NCBI RefSeq assembly: GCF_033026475.1
Contig: NC_090210.1
Location: forward strand, 20,383,376 to 20,447,375
Direction of reading: 5' to 3'
From: Channa argus
Lineage: Eukaryota
DNA: 64,000 nt
Shown: positions 48,601-61,452 of the stretch, piece after piece
Layout of the letters: each line of letters begins with the position of its first letter
Position numbering within the stretch: position 1 is the first letter of the stretch
The notes under the pieces: generated by a model
Told to the model about the DNA's origin: nothing
Databases searched by the model: none
The model's input: only the letters and a program-made list of their open reading frames with translations
Program-made: the position numbers and the translations under genes

Positions 48601-51600
48601 TAGGTGTTCGAGTCCCTGTGTGTTTTTATCTATTAATCTCAAATTAAAATCACGTTGAGACGAGAAATTCTCAGTGCAGCTGTGAACCGCGGAACGTTTT
48701 CCAAACCAGAATCACATTGAGGCAACGCAAAAAGTCCAGTTTTACTGTGCGGATGCTCTGAAAGATAACAGCATCTTAGAAATGAAAATCTGCCTGTCTG
48801 TGTTAAAACTTGATAATGTTTTTTTTTTTATCACTCATATCCTGACGTAACAAAGTGAATGTGAAGCAAAGTAGGTCTTTATTATTGTGCTGTGCAAATA
48901 GTTTCTATATTACAGAAACATTTGGACTTTTCAGTTGCTGTTTTCTGCCTTCTGATATCACATTTTTACTGCTCCGGTGCCTCAGATCCACAGAAAAATA
49001 TCTGCCCTTGGAGAAATGCATAGGGAATGTGTTAGATATCGCTCATGCTGCCTGCAGATGCATTTCAGAGGCCTTTGCTCTCCAACGGGCTTTAGGATTT
49101 GCTCAACGAAAAATTCTGATTGGTTTTTTTGATTTAGAAATGCCAAACGCCAGCAGCTCCGAGCAGAAGTTATCTGCTTAAATCTATAGCTGCCGACTTC
49201 CTTAACAGCAGTCACACCTCCCATCACAGCACTCAGGAAAGCAAATGTGTGAAACACCACGTTGAGATATGGCAGATCCATGCACACAGCAAACAAGTGA
49301 CATGCTGTGCAAACCCCCACAGATGCTTGCTTCAGAGGCTCTTTTGTTTTTTTTATGTCAGGAACCCCCAGGTTGATACGGCGGAGAACAAAGGGGAGTT
49401 ATTTTCCTCACAAAAACCAACTCAGAGGTTTGTTGTCATTAGATACATCATTAGATTTAAATGGCAATTGTCTTCACAGCATGTAAGAAGGTACAGTAAC
49501 AGTGTGAGCAGTGAATATTATTTTAAAAACATATTTTATGGTTGTCTGATTGTCTTAAGCAACCCACGGCCCAAAACAGCACAACACTCCCATAACCATG
49601 CGTCAGGCACCATCGGTCGGTCAAAGGATGCAGATCCTCTATACAAAACCAGGCAGCTTCCAGCCGCTGATGTCATGAGGAGTCACACGCAGAGGAGGTT
49701 AGGGTGGATTGATGGCAGTTTAAGTAGTTATTATTAACAAAAACTATGATTAGTCCGCACACCAAACCAAGCAGGTCTACTGTGAGTAGAACTGCTGTGA
49801 ACCTGTCTATCATTGTTAACCATGACAATGAGTTGGAGCAGGGCCCTTTTAGCTCATTCATGGTTTCAATGAGAGCTGATAAGTGGCCATTAAATGGGTT
49901 GGGTTCCTAATCCATACAATGCAGGCAGCTTTCACATGGACAATCTGTTTGGTAGAGAAGTTCAAATGTAAATGGGTGACAAGTTGTTGGACATTCAAAG
50001 ATAGATGCACGTTTTAACCACATTTTTAGAAGGTTAGTTCGATATAAACAGGAGGTGCTGCTAATTTTCCAGTTGGGAGCCATTAAAACCACTGCAGAAG
50101 AAGAGTCTATTTCTTTGGGTTGGTAATGATTTTATTTTTTTTTGGACTTTGTTGCACTTTGCTTTTATTAATGGACCTGCTCTTCTAGCTCAGCTTGTTG
50201 GAGCTGCTGCTTTCTCTTGACTCTCTTGAGCTGAGACAAGTCTTTGTAGAGGAGGAATTCTGTGCATCATCCAAAGAGAGTTCTTGTAAGGTCATATGCA
50301 CTAATTATATCTATGTAAGAAAATTATTAAAAGGTCAAAGCAAACATTGGAGATACTAAGCTGAACTAATGGTGGGAAATGGGACATTTTCAACACTTAA
50401 AAAGTTGAGTAAAATGTAGACTATAAATGAGTTTGCAGTGCCAGTAAGAGACAAGCACTGTCAAAAACAAACCCTTAGAGAAAAAGAATTGTGATTAAGA
50501 ACTGTGACGCTCAAATGGAGCATTGGCCAAGTTGGATTTAACATTAACAATCAAATGAAAAAGAAAGAAGTTTACGTGTTGACGAGAGCTCATGATGCAC
50601 ATGGATTAACTTTAAAAATGTAGATTTTTAAGATGGGTTATTGTTAACATTTAAGACAAAATGTTCCCATGGGGTCAACAATGAATAGGACAGCAGAAGC
50701 ACAGGTTGATCGTTCAGGTCAGCAACTGTGATCTTTCCCTGTCCAATCGGATCCAGTGACCTTGCAGCCATCCGCTTGCTTCTCCCCTCTGAATTATAAT
50801 CACGAAACTTGGGTATCACGGACGCTGCATACTCGGGTTTAATGTGATGAGAAGATTCTTCTGTTACCCAGAAAATGACATGGTAGCTGTTGCTTTTGCC
50901 ATTGTTCCTCCACATAGAGGCTTCTGTGGTGGCGCCTCAGGCCCAGTGACGGACTCCATCAGCGTGCACAATCATTAGCTGCATCCCCTGAGGAGCCTCT
51001 CCTCCCTCAGCATCCGCTCCACTTCACTCTCAGCCCTTTGTGGCTCCTGCTGATAAGGCCAAGCTAATATCTGCGCTGTCGCTGGCAGCATGGGAAATGA
51101 TAAACACAGACTGAGCTGCTGTCCGCTCCATCAGGACAACAGAAACTGGAACCCAGCCCCTGGGCTATTGTTACTCGACAATAGAGGATAGTGTATGTAC
51201 AGCTGAAATCGTGGCCAGGTGCTTGAAACAAAACACGACGGTGAGAGAGTGACAGATTGACTTAGTGGTTACAATAGTTGTGCCACAAACAAAAATGTCA
51301 GGGTTTCCACCCCTGTTAAAATCCGTGTCCAGACTGTCAAATGTCCTTGAGAAAGATAATGAAACGGCTGAGTCCCATTAAAAGTCACTCTGGATGGCAA
51401 GAGCTGAAAAACAAGTAGGAGCAGAACCAGTGGTGAAAAACACCGGCCCTGGCCACGTTTCACAATTTCTATAATTGCAACTAACCGATGTCATAATCTA
51501 TGGGATTTTAGTCTCTGTTGATCTTGTGACACCTCATCAACCATTTGCAGCAACAAACACACATTGCAGTGACAAAGAAACTGAAGAGGACAGTCAACAA

Positions 51601-54075
51601 TGTCTTCAAACACAGTGATATTGAACTCATGAAACAGTCCATGACCAGTATCCAGCACCAGCACTAGTATTCTGTATCACACCCGGGGTTTTTCTGGGAA
51701 TTCTCAGGAAAGGCTGAGAATACTGTAAAGTACATGCACGTAGATCGATTCATCCATTATTGATACAGCTTATCATAACAGGGCCTGTAGGCGGCCGGGG
51801 TTGATTCTCAGGGGTGGTATAATGTGGACACAGATTCACCCTCACGTTACCACCTACAGACAGTTTAAGCAGAGCATACTGGAGAGCATGCAAACAAACA
51901 AAGCAAGTACTTATCAGCCTATAGTTATTACTCAGTAGCCTGCCTTCTTCCTTCCAGACATGTGACAGACCAGTGCTATGCAGTGGCTGTAGTAAGTGTT
52001 ACCAAAGCAGGAGTGATTGTTGGTTTCGTATTTTAAATAAAGACGGCACAGGGACGATGTTGGCGTGGGTGTGAAATGACTTACAAGTACGAAACAGCTG
52101 TTCACCTCCCACTTTACACTTAGTGTAGATTTGTTTTGTTTACGTTAACCATTTTTCACTACATATAAAAACGCACCCCTTATGTTTTTGTGTCTGAACA
52201 TGAGTTTCCTTATTTCAACCTAATAAGATTGTAGGTCTGCGTTTGTTTTGCAAATGAACCTATTGAACCCACTAGAAGGTAGAAGGTGTCCTGCTGAACC
52301 ATTATTATGGGCTGATGGGAGCTGTTTCATGAATGGCTTTATTCTTTGCAGATGGGCTGGAAAAATGGGGCTGAAAATCATACAAATCTTAGGGGATAAT
52401 AAATTTAAAAAGAAAGAGCAAAAATCGCAATTTTCCTTCTTTTTCTAATTGCTTTAAGTTGAAGTTAATGCTGGAATTTCAGGGAGCTAAACATCATGAA
52501 ACAGACTAAGACTCATGGATTCATAAGAAAATACTTCGTTTGCATTCATAAATTCATCCCCCTGTTAGCTCTTTTTTTTTTAATCCTGCAACTGCTTAAG
52601 CTGTATTTATAAATAGGCTTGGGAAATACATTTTATTTTATCATTAATATACTGTATATTTTTCACCAACAGGGCTCTAGAAATAAACACTGAGGTAATT
52701 ATTGTGGAGTGTCCTTGTGGTTTAAAGTGAATCTCTAGGTCCCTTCACATCCGAATTGTTTATTAGCTCATTGTGACATTTGGGACTTTTATGTGAAAAT
52801 GGATCAAATAATATTTTTATGTAAAACTTAAAAGCTGTCAGGAGAGAGAAAGACCCAATTAAAGCTCATTAAATGAGCTGTGGTAATGGCAACTACATGA
52901 AGACACTTTCTACTATAATGACCTGCCACTATGGTGCACGGTGTGGTGAACGTGTCATTAAGCTGGTGGCGACTATGTAGCCACAATCCTTGCTACTATA
53001 TTTCCATATAAATGAAGCAACACTGAAATCTGTGAAAGCTACAATTCTATTTGATGCATATTTGGAACAAACTCTTTACTAATTGATAAACTAATTACCT
53101 TAATTATAGGAAACTCTTGTTCAGAACCACAGACAGAAGAAAGTTTGTACTTACACCATAGGTTCTCCATACGAAGCAGATGATGTAATTAGATTTTGGT
53201 TCCCATTGCTGCAGAAATTTGCACATTAATTAGTCAACACATGTTATAAAACTTCTGTTAGCATTCTGGATGACAAACTCCCAGAACGTCGAGTGCTCAT
53301 AGTTGGACACAAGCCAAGTTTTTGGTTGGCATCACATTTTGTTTCCCCTTTCATTTATAATCTGAACCTAACCTTTATTCTAACCTTAACCCGTATACCT
53401 GTATCTAATCCTGGGCCTCGGAATCAAATGAAAGTGAAATATTTGGAAGTTCGGAATCCCTAAAACACACCTGTTTAAATGTTCATATGTGTGGGAGGTG
53501 ATGGATTCCCACAGTGCTTTGTGTCGTGTTAAAGAGGCTCCTATCTTGCAGATTTCTGGCAGCTATTTTCCTCATGTCATTACTTCTCAGCCCCACCAAC
53601 CACCGAGGTTCAGTCTCAAGCTTCACTGAATCACACAAAGTCATTATTTATCTCATCTGTTCATGAATACTAAGAGTTTTCTTCTTCTAATGGATTTGGC
53701 CATCTGCCTGTCTGCTTGACTGTGGTATAATATTTCCTTAGTTACAATTTCAGACATCCTCGGAAAGACGAGAACGAAAGAAGGAAGACAATTGCAATGG
53801 CAGACCGTAAACACAGATGAACACACACTTCCAAGGGTGTGTGCGCGGGTTCCAGTCGCACAGGAACTCCCTCACCTGCTCGCTACTAGATCTGCATGGT
53901 AATCCTACTCGCTTTAATCATTAAAACACACACACACACTCGGAGCCTCGAAGGCTTCTCTTCCAGCTCCTGCTACCCGATCTGCGTTTTATGATTATAC
54001 TCCCCATAGTGAGCAGCATGTCAGCACTCTGCATGTCAACATGCAGCTCACTCATCCAGAAGCCTCATCAAATAA

Positions 54076-54101
54076 AAAAAAAAAAAAAAAAAGCAGACTC
54101 T
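54076..54101. repeat. poly(A) tract
   Basis: Direct reading of the sequence. Confidence 0.9.
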
Positions 54102-54154
54102 GACTCTTGGAGTTGCCTGCACACAGCAGACTAGCAGCAGAAAGCACATGGGAG

Positions 54155-54237
54155 ACCATGCGCAGCGTTACATCTGCTATGTGCTCTCTGTCCTGTCTCT
54201 TACTTTGCGTGGCCTTCACGTCATGCAGGGTGGAGGG
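54155..54237 (+). other. Candidate 5' coding exon with a signal-peptide-like sequence (MRSVTSAMCSLSCLLLCVAFTSCRVEG) followed by a GTAATG donor
   Basis: ATG in a purine-rich context, a hydrophobic core, then a consensus 5' splice site. No downstream exons were identified. Speculative. Confidence 0.2.
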
Positions 54238-55040
54238 TAATGATGGGGAAGATTCTCTCAGTTATGAATTCACATGTCCCTGTCATTTGTGTGCTTGAGT
54301 TGCAAATGTCAGTGATAATGATTGTAATTCACACGCTGGCTGAACGTTAAGGGTTCAGCCATAGTGCAAAAATCAGAGAACTAGCCCAACTGCTGCGTCA
54401 GGTCACGCCGGCTTCGTCTCGGCTGTAAAGTGGCGCTGCGAACCAAAGAGCATATAGCACTACACGCTCTGTGCGTGCATGAGAGGAAGAGAAAACAGAA
54501 ACTGTAAAGGAAGAGTTAGTTAACCATTTTTACATCAGTCTGACTCAACAAAGATGCCATACAACTACTTGTAATCAAGGAAGTCACAACAACAGTAAAA
54601 GCTGTACTGATCTGTTCTTGTGCACTGACTCTCTAAGGCAAACAGCCAATCAGAGTGGTCTGAGTTATGGACAGAATTCATAGGACATAACCGATGGCCT
54701 AGAAATACGGCTAATCTAAATTTGAATCTACAGGGTTGGGGTTTAGGGCTGGCTGGTTTGACAGGTCTGCGGTGCTTCAGGCTGTTTTCCTGAGGATTGA
54801 AGTGGCGGACATTTGATTTAAATGTAATGTGCCCATTTGAATATTCATTATGTGAATGGATTATTAAAGACTAAATTGACCTTGACTAAACTCAGCCTGA
54901 GTCTTTGAAATTCATGGTCTCAGTTCTGTTTAATAAATGGGAATTTAATGCTCAGCTTAGCTACACTCTCCCATCTTTGCTAACTGAACTTACTTAACCG
55001 TGAAATCCACTGACCTCTGATGCTTTAGCTGAATCTCCAG

Positions 55041-55049
55041 TTGTGTGTG

Positions 55050-55141
<92 letters not shown>
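55041..55141. repeat. Compound microsatellite (CT)n followed by (TA)n
   Basis: Direct reading: about 22 CT repeats followed by about 29 TA repeats. Confidence 0.95.
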
Positions 55142-55144
<3 letters not shown>

Positions 55145-58100
55145 CAGAAAGCTTTGCTTTGAGGAATGAGGAGCATTGGCTCAAAATGAAAAAGATCTCA
55201 AAGATCTCTGTGTCTCAGTGTTTTTATTTCCATCGTCTTATTGTTTTCCTCATTACCCACATTCCAAAGATTCTTTGAAGCCATATCATGCCTATTGACT
55301 TTAACAAGAAAATATGCTATTTCATATGGCTGCTCTATAAAACTCTGCTTTCCAACTATCCTGCCAATTTATTCTCACTGTGTGTTTCTATTCTCACTGT
55401 CAGGGATTGACTGATCAAGAAGAGGGATGTCTTACCTATTATGGCCCTGTCAGATGGCAGACATTAGAGCAGCAGGGGGAGGAGGAGGAGAAAGGCAGTG
55501 CAAAAGAACAAAAGGAGGCTTTTTTGTTGAGGCTCTGAGTTATTTTGATTCAGTCCCAAGTTTACAGAGTAAGTTATGGCCTACAGCCGTAAGGCTCTTT
55601 GATAATTCCCATTTTATAAATCTATAAACTCGCTGATTGTTTTATCAGTATAACCTCTGTAATCAAACCTGATCATGTATAGAGCAAGACCCCAGGATCA
55701 GGACTGGGCAGTGAAGCCATTTTTGTACTCGCAGTTACCAAAGGTGGCTTTGCAACTTCCATGTTAATAACGTGTCACACACTGGCCCAAAGAGGACTTT
55801 TCTCAGAGGGAATCATTGGAAAAGAAGCTGCTACAAAATGGTGAATGCAGTTTTCTGAGTGTCAAGAACCTTGTGTACTGACCATTTTTATTCTAGTCTA
55901 CTGACCAAGTCTAGGAAAGCCGTCATATTTTTTCAAATTGAGCCTTAGCTGTCAATTGCACACACACATGAACAGGGATGTGAGTGGAGGAGGTCACTAG
56001 TTTGCATGCTCTATGGGTCCAGGACAAGGAAACATGAAGATCATGAGGGAAATTTTAAATGCTGGAATCTGCAAGAGTAAAGTATTTTTAAAATGCTGAG
56101 CAACATTCATATTTCCATTCGATTACCGGCCTTTTAATACAACCATTGTAGAGACCCAAAGTCTGACCACTCTGTGCTGTAGTAGCTGATGACAAATTGC
56201 CTCCTATCAAAACCACATGTGCAGTATAACATAATTTCATGTACAAAGATAAGTGTGACTAAATTATTGAGAGGGTAGAGGGAGTCAAGTCCTTCATAAG
56301 ATTAAGTCAGAATGTTGTTGGCCTGTAGCACAGCATGTGAACCTGCACAAACCTGCAGCTTTTCACATTCGCCAATCTGATGTTTTTCCGCTCCCCTGGG
56401 GTCTTTGTAGCAGGGATACATAACTTAGTACAGTATCCTTATCATTGGATGACATCAGTGGGAGCATCTGCTGCACGGTGTTTTCTGTTGTTTGGGTTTA
56501 CACAGCTCATAAATGTCTGCCGGCAGAGGCGGTGACGCAGATTAACACTACCATTTCTCCCTAACCTGCAGTGGATTAGCATAAAAGGCCACGAAGCAGC
56601 TCAGGGGTGTGTTCTTACAGAAGTGCACACTATCCTAACAAAACACATCTTCCTAAACTTAGGGCTTCGAGGCTGAGTGGTTGTTTTTTTTTCTTTTAAA
56701 GACACTGAGAGCAGCTAAAACTCCATCTGAAATCATTAAATAAATCCTGTAGATCGTTGCGGCATCTGCTAACACAGCATGCTCCGTTGGATCAGTGAGC
56801 TTCCTGCTCCGCGGGGACGCCGTCGAACAAAAGCAGAAGGAGAGGCGCCTCGTGATTTTACATGCTCAGTGAAGTTTGTCCACCGTGTCGGTTTCGCCAT
56901 CTTGCCTGATTAATCCCAACAAGTTCCACCTCTCCGGTAATGTGCTGTCAACAAGTTCCAGTGAAAAACATCACATGCTTTGATTTCTGTCATTAGCGTA
57001 ATGGCTGCACCCCCTCCGTCTCTTTAAGCCTCTGGGGCTAAAGAGTTTTTTTCTCTTTCCTCCATCCTACATTCCACCTAGATCACAAACCTTGTGGTAT
57101 AGAAGACTGAAAACTCATATTTACAGCAATATACGAAATGCAGCTGTTGCCTGTGATGGTGGAGGCGTGTTGGCAGAGAACTGTGAGAGGTTTGTGGGGA
57201 AAGGTCTATGTTTTCTCCATGTTTCCATCACTAATCACTGTTTAGCCAGAACCTGACAGAAAGCCCCACAAATCAAAGCAGTGTGAATTAAAGTGGGGGA
57301 ATCCTTTCGCTCCGTGTAATGCAACTTAACAGGTTTAACTGTGGAGCGGAGAATAATGCAGGAATGCAGCGGGATTGAAAAGGGAAAATGAAAAGAAAAG
57401 CTGATACACTCACAGAGAGAGAAAGGCAGTCACTTTGACTTATGTAAATTTCCAGAAACTGCTTCCAGTTCCCATTGTAGATTGTGGCGTAATTGTGCTG
57501 CTGCTTGCTGCTGATAAACCTTTGGACGAATCCGGTCTCCGCTGGATTCAATCTGGAGGCCGTCAGACAGAACGCATTGGCTCAAACAGGTGGTGAGGAG
57601 GCTTTTTTTAGTTGCAGTACTTTTTCCTCTTTGTCCTGCACCAACAGGATGTCACCGTGGGAAGAGAGGACAGAATACGCAGACAGAGACACACATCAAC
57701 GTCGTCGGATGCACATGTTGCTCAGTGGACACGTTTATCTGAAGCACCCCACAGTACTGATAGTGCACAGGCTCTGAGTTTAGATGGTCCCGGTAGAAAT
57801 AAAACCACTCAGCATGAAGGAGATGCTCCACTCCTCAAGCACGATGCCCCGTCAAAAACTCTTCTGACACTTCCACCTAAAACTTTTAACCATACGGGGA
57901 TGAATGAAGGCAAAGAGAAAAATAATGCATTATTTGTTACTGAGTAGTTGTTATCAATAAAACTAAATTATACAGCATTTGGCTCAGTAGGGTTCAGTAG
58001 TTTCCAGAAACAAATCATTTTAAAGATCAATAACTACGAACTAATAAGGAATCATTATGTGAATGATGTGGGGGATGACATATCCCCCTGCTCTGTGGTT

Positions 58101-58329
58101 CCCCTTACATCTACAGAGAGTTTTACCATCCTATAGTTAATTGGTTTGTTTGTTTAACCCACATTTATCAACCAATCAGGGCACTATCACACCATCTAAT
58201 GGGCCATTATTAGGTCTTATCAACCTATTATTACCTCCCACCAGGGTTCACGTTGTTGTCAGGTGCTATTGCGTGCCCTGATATTGTTGTCGTGGTTACA
58301 ATAACAAGCAGAAAGACACTGGGATTAAC

Positions 58330-58560
58330 ATCAGATTAGCACGCTTATGGAGTGGTTAGCGTTTTCGCATCACAGATAGAAGGTCACCGGTTCGAATCCA
58401 ACGGCCTGTTGTGTCCTCTCTCTGTGGACTTTTGAGGATTTCTTCTAGGTACTCGAGTTTCTTTTCACAGTCCAAAGGCCTGCATGTTAGGTTCATTGGT
58501 GACTCTAAATTGGCCCCTAGATACGCTGCGGACCTCGACTGTCTCTTGGCCAATCAATAA
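58330..58560 (+). repeat. tRNA-related SINE-like repeat (same family as 5700-5995)
   Basis: ggttagcgttttcgcatcacagatagaaggtcaccggttcgaatcc (tRNA-like A/B boxes) followed by ...tttcttttcacagtccaaaggcctgcatgttaggttcattggtgactctaaattggcccc. Confidence 0.65.
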
Positions 58561-61398
58561 ATGGTAAAAGATGATGGATGGATACTAAAGTTAAAACCTT
58601 TACAGTCAATTTGAAGAGAGAATTGGACTTCCTGTCTTTGTCACCCAACCAGCTACCCTGACCTCCTGATTTATGGATGATAATGAATGCACTGAACCTA
58701 TTGGGAGGCAGGAAGTCGCCTACTGAAACATAATTATTGACTGATGACAACAGATAATAGCCCAATAAATCATGAGATGACAGTCAAATAAGCTTCAGCT
58801 TAACTGTTTGGGTTCTCACTGATCTTTCTACTGAACGCTGAACACTCTGTCCAGTAAGGATGCTTTTTGGGCTTTTTGGCTGAACTGAGCATTGATTTGC
58901 CACTTTTAACATGGATAAGCCAATTGCAAAATGCATTGCTACTTGAACTAAGGGCCCAACCTTTCCCATATCCAGGGCCCAAGGCAGAAAGACAAACTTG
59001 GTGACTGGCTGATGAACACTGGTGGTGCATCTTGCAGCTTAAAAGGCAGATACTGTATTTTGGTCAGTAGCTAGTGAAGACCAAAACAGAGGGGAAAGTG
59101 AGTAAAATCTGGATCATGATTCAATATGAATGATAGTGTTCCTCTACAGGATGGACAAGGAAATAGGCAAGAGTTTAAAAACACTTCTTCCACACCTCAA
59201 CTCTCAAAATCAAATGAATGCAAAACAGAACCAGCATGACTCCATATAATGACCTGGTATAACAGATCTTCTTTAGGGCCAGTGAATCCTTGAAAACTCT
59301 TTAATCAGCTCTGAAAACAAACAATTTCCTCAAGTGTCATCAAACTGACCAGCAATGTCTGGAATTGGACAAGAATAGGACAAAGTAATGCTTGCACAGT
59401 ACTTTCTTGTTCTTAGTTTCTCATGTAAAAATGTAATCTTTTTCCCAGTTGGGGTCACATATTAAATTAACATGCAGGAGCTTTCAGTTTTTATGTCTGA
59501 GACAAACTTCCAGAAAGCTTTTTTGCAGTTGCATTTTATCAAATGTAATATTTGGACCACTGTAACTGTGCTATGATTTCATTCTCCTGTTGGACTTCTC
59601 CAGTTTTATGTTCTATTTCATCTTGTAAACTCTTAAATGCTTCGAATTCCCTGGTGGAACAGTGCTTGTGGGTCTCTGAGTGCTCCCCGAATTTTTCTTA
59701 CATAGAGCCAACAGTAAATGTAATGTAGTTCTTCAAGACAGACTTTACTATTTCTTAATATGTACTGACCTTATGAGCCCAAACTTTGTTCACCCACTGC
59801 AAACAATGTTGTCGCAAATGTTAATTAATCATAATTTAATCCACAACACTAAACCAAAATTACAGTCTCTTCTTCAGCCCCTTATGCATTTAGTAATTTT
59901 TAAATCCAACCGGTTTTAATCAATGGGTTTAAAGCAAAATCCTCCTCACTAAATAGGTTTCTGTTCAGTTTATTCAGGCGTAGTGCCGAGGACAGAGCTG
60001 TTTGATGACTTGCTGGCCATAAGCCATTCAGAATGAAGATTTATAATTACTCCAGGACTTTCTTAAGGTCTCTCAGTGAACATTTATGGAGGTTTTATGT
60101 AAGAATGGATTCCCAAAGGTGGACAATCCTACAAAAAAATAAAGTCTTTAGGAATTATGTTTTGGTCACACATTTCACATGGAAAGGCAGTTTATGTATA
60201 TAAGACACTAGACAAGAAAATATAGCATGAGATCTGTGTTCAGTTAAAGGACGTTAAACTTTATTGTTCATCAGCTTCTAAGTGTTAGGGTCCACGTCAC
60301 AAATGCACAAATCACGTGTGAAACATTTTAGAAACACAACTAATACTTTATGGCATTAATGGTGGAGTCTGAGTGAAAGCTGGTTGGATCCAATCTGCCA
60401 CTCTTGCAGTGCAGAGGCTACAATATGAGCCCACTAGCTGTGTAATTGAAGATAATTAATAGCAACTCGTAAACCCTCTCCTCTTTCAAAGTACATTTAT
60501 TTTACCGTCTGCATCTCACTCCACTGCTGCAGCAGTTCTGGGCACTGCTTAGTTACAAAGGGTTTAGCTGGACACTTGTATTTGCTTTGTTGTGATAGTG
60601 TTGCCACCATGTCCGGATGTATTTGTTTGCCAACACATTTATGTCTCATTATATAGTACGGCTGTGGATTTGTGGAGGTTCAGAACACTAACTGGCAAAT
60701 ATGGATTCCACAACAAAAGAGGACACAAGAGTCGATTGGCTGACAGAAACTCTACCAGGAGGAGTACCGAAAAAAGTTATGGTCGTATTACACCTCATAG
60801 TCGTTTATATCTGTGCATGCACACCAATCAATTACCACAACTCACATTCATTGTGTGTCAGTCTGCAGCCTGGATTAGTTTGTCCGTGCCGTAAGCCTCT
60901 GTTGATGATCAGCTGGACACACTGCTCCACTGGATGCAAAGTTTAACATCAACATTTCAAAAGCATGTTGTGGAGAACTGTATACATGTGAAAGCAACAT
61001 AATACCAATGGAAATGCTCAAGTTAAGTGCATTTACTTCACAACTGCACTTGAACACTTTCCAGCTCTGGATGTAAAAGATACTTAATTGCCACAGTTTT
61101 TAACCACTCACTGCTGCAGACTGACCTGCCTCTCACCACTCATTCACCAGATAACGATGTCAATAACGGGATTGATCGGCTGCTAATGAAGCCACTGTTT
61201 TTCTCAAACACTAAATAATAAACCAGCAGCTTCACAGTTAAACAGAAAATCTCAAAGCAAATGTGCTGTGCCTGTGGATGCTTGTCTCCCCGAGGACTCT
61301 TTATCTGCTACGGCTGAATATTAATAAAAACAAAAATCCTTCATATGCATCAACATGGCTTTGTTTCACAGCACAACAAGTTCCAAGGTCATTTCATT

Positions 61399-61452
61399 GC
61401 AGGCACAACAACAACAACAACAACAACAGCAACACCGGCAACAACGAGAGGT
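61399..61452. repeat. (ACA)n/(CAA)n trinucleotide microsatellite
   Basis: Direct reading of the sequence. Confidence 0.9.

Noticed and set aside
49249-49737. Longest free-standing ORF in the right half (162 aa, plus strand)
   Set aside because: No recognisable domain, odd composition, no splice-site context and no similarity to anything I know. Most likely a chance ORF in AT-rich intergenic DNA.
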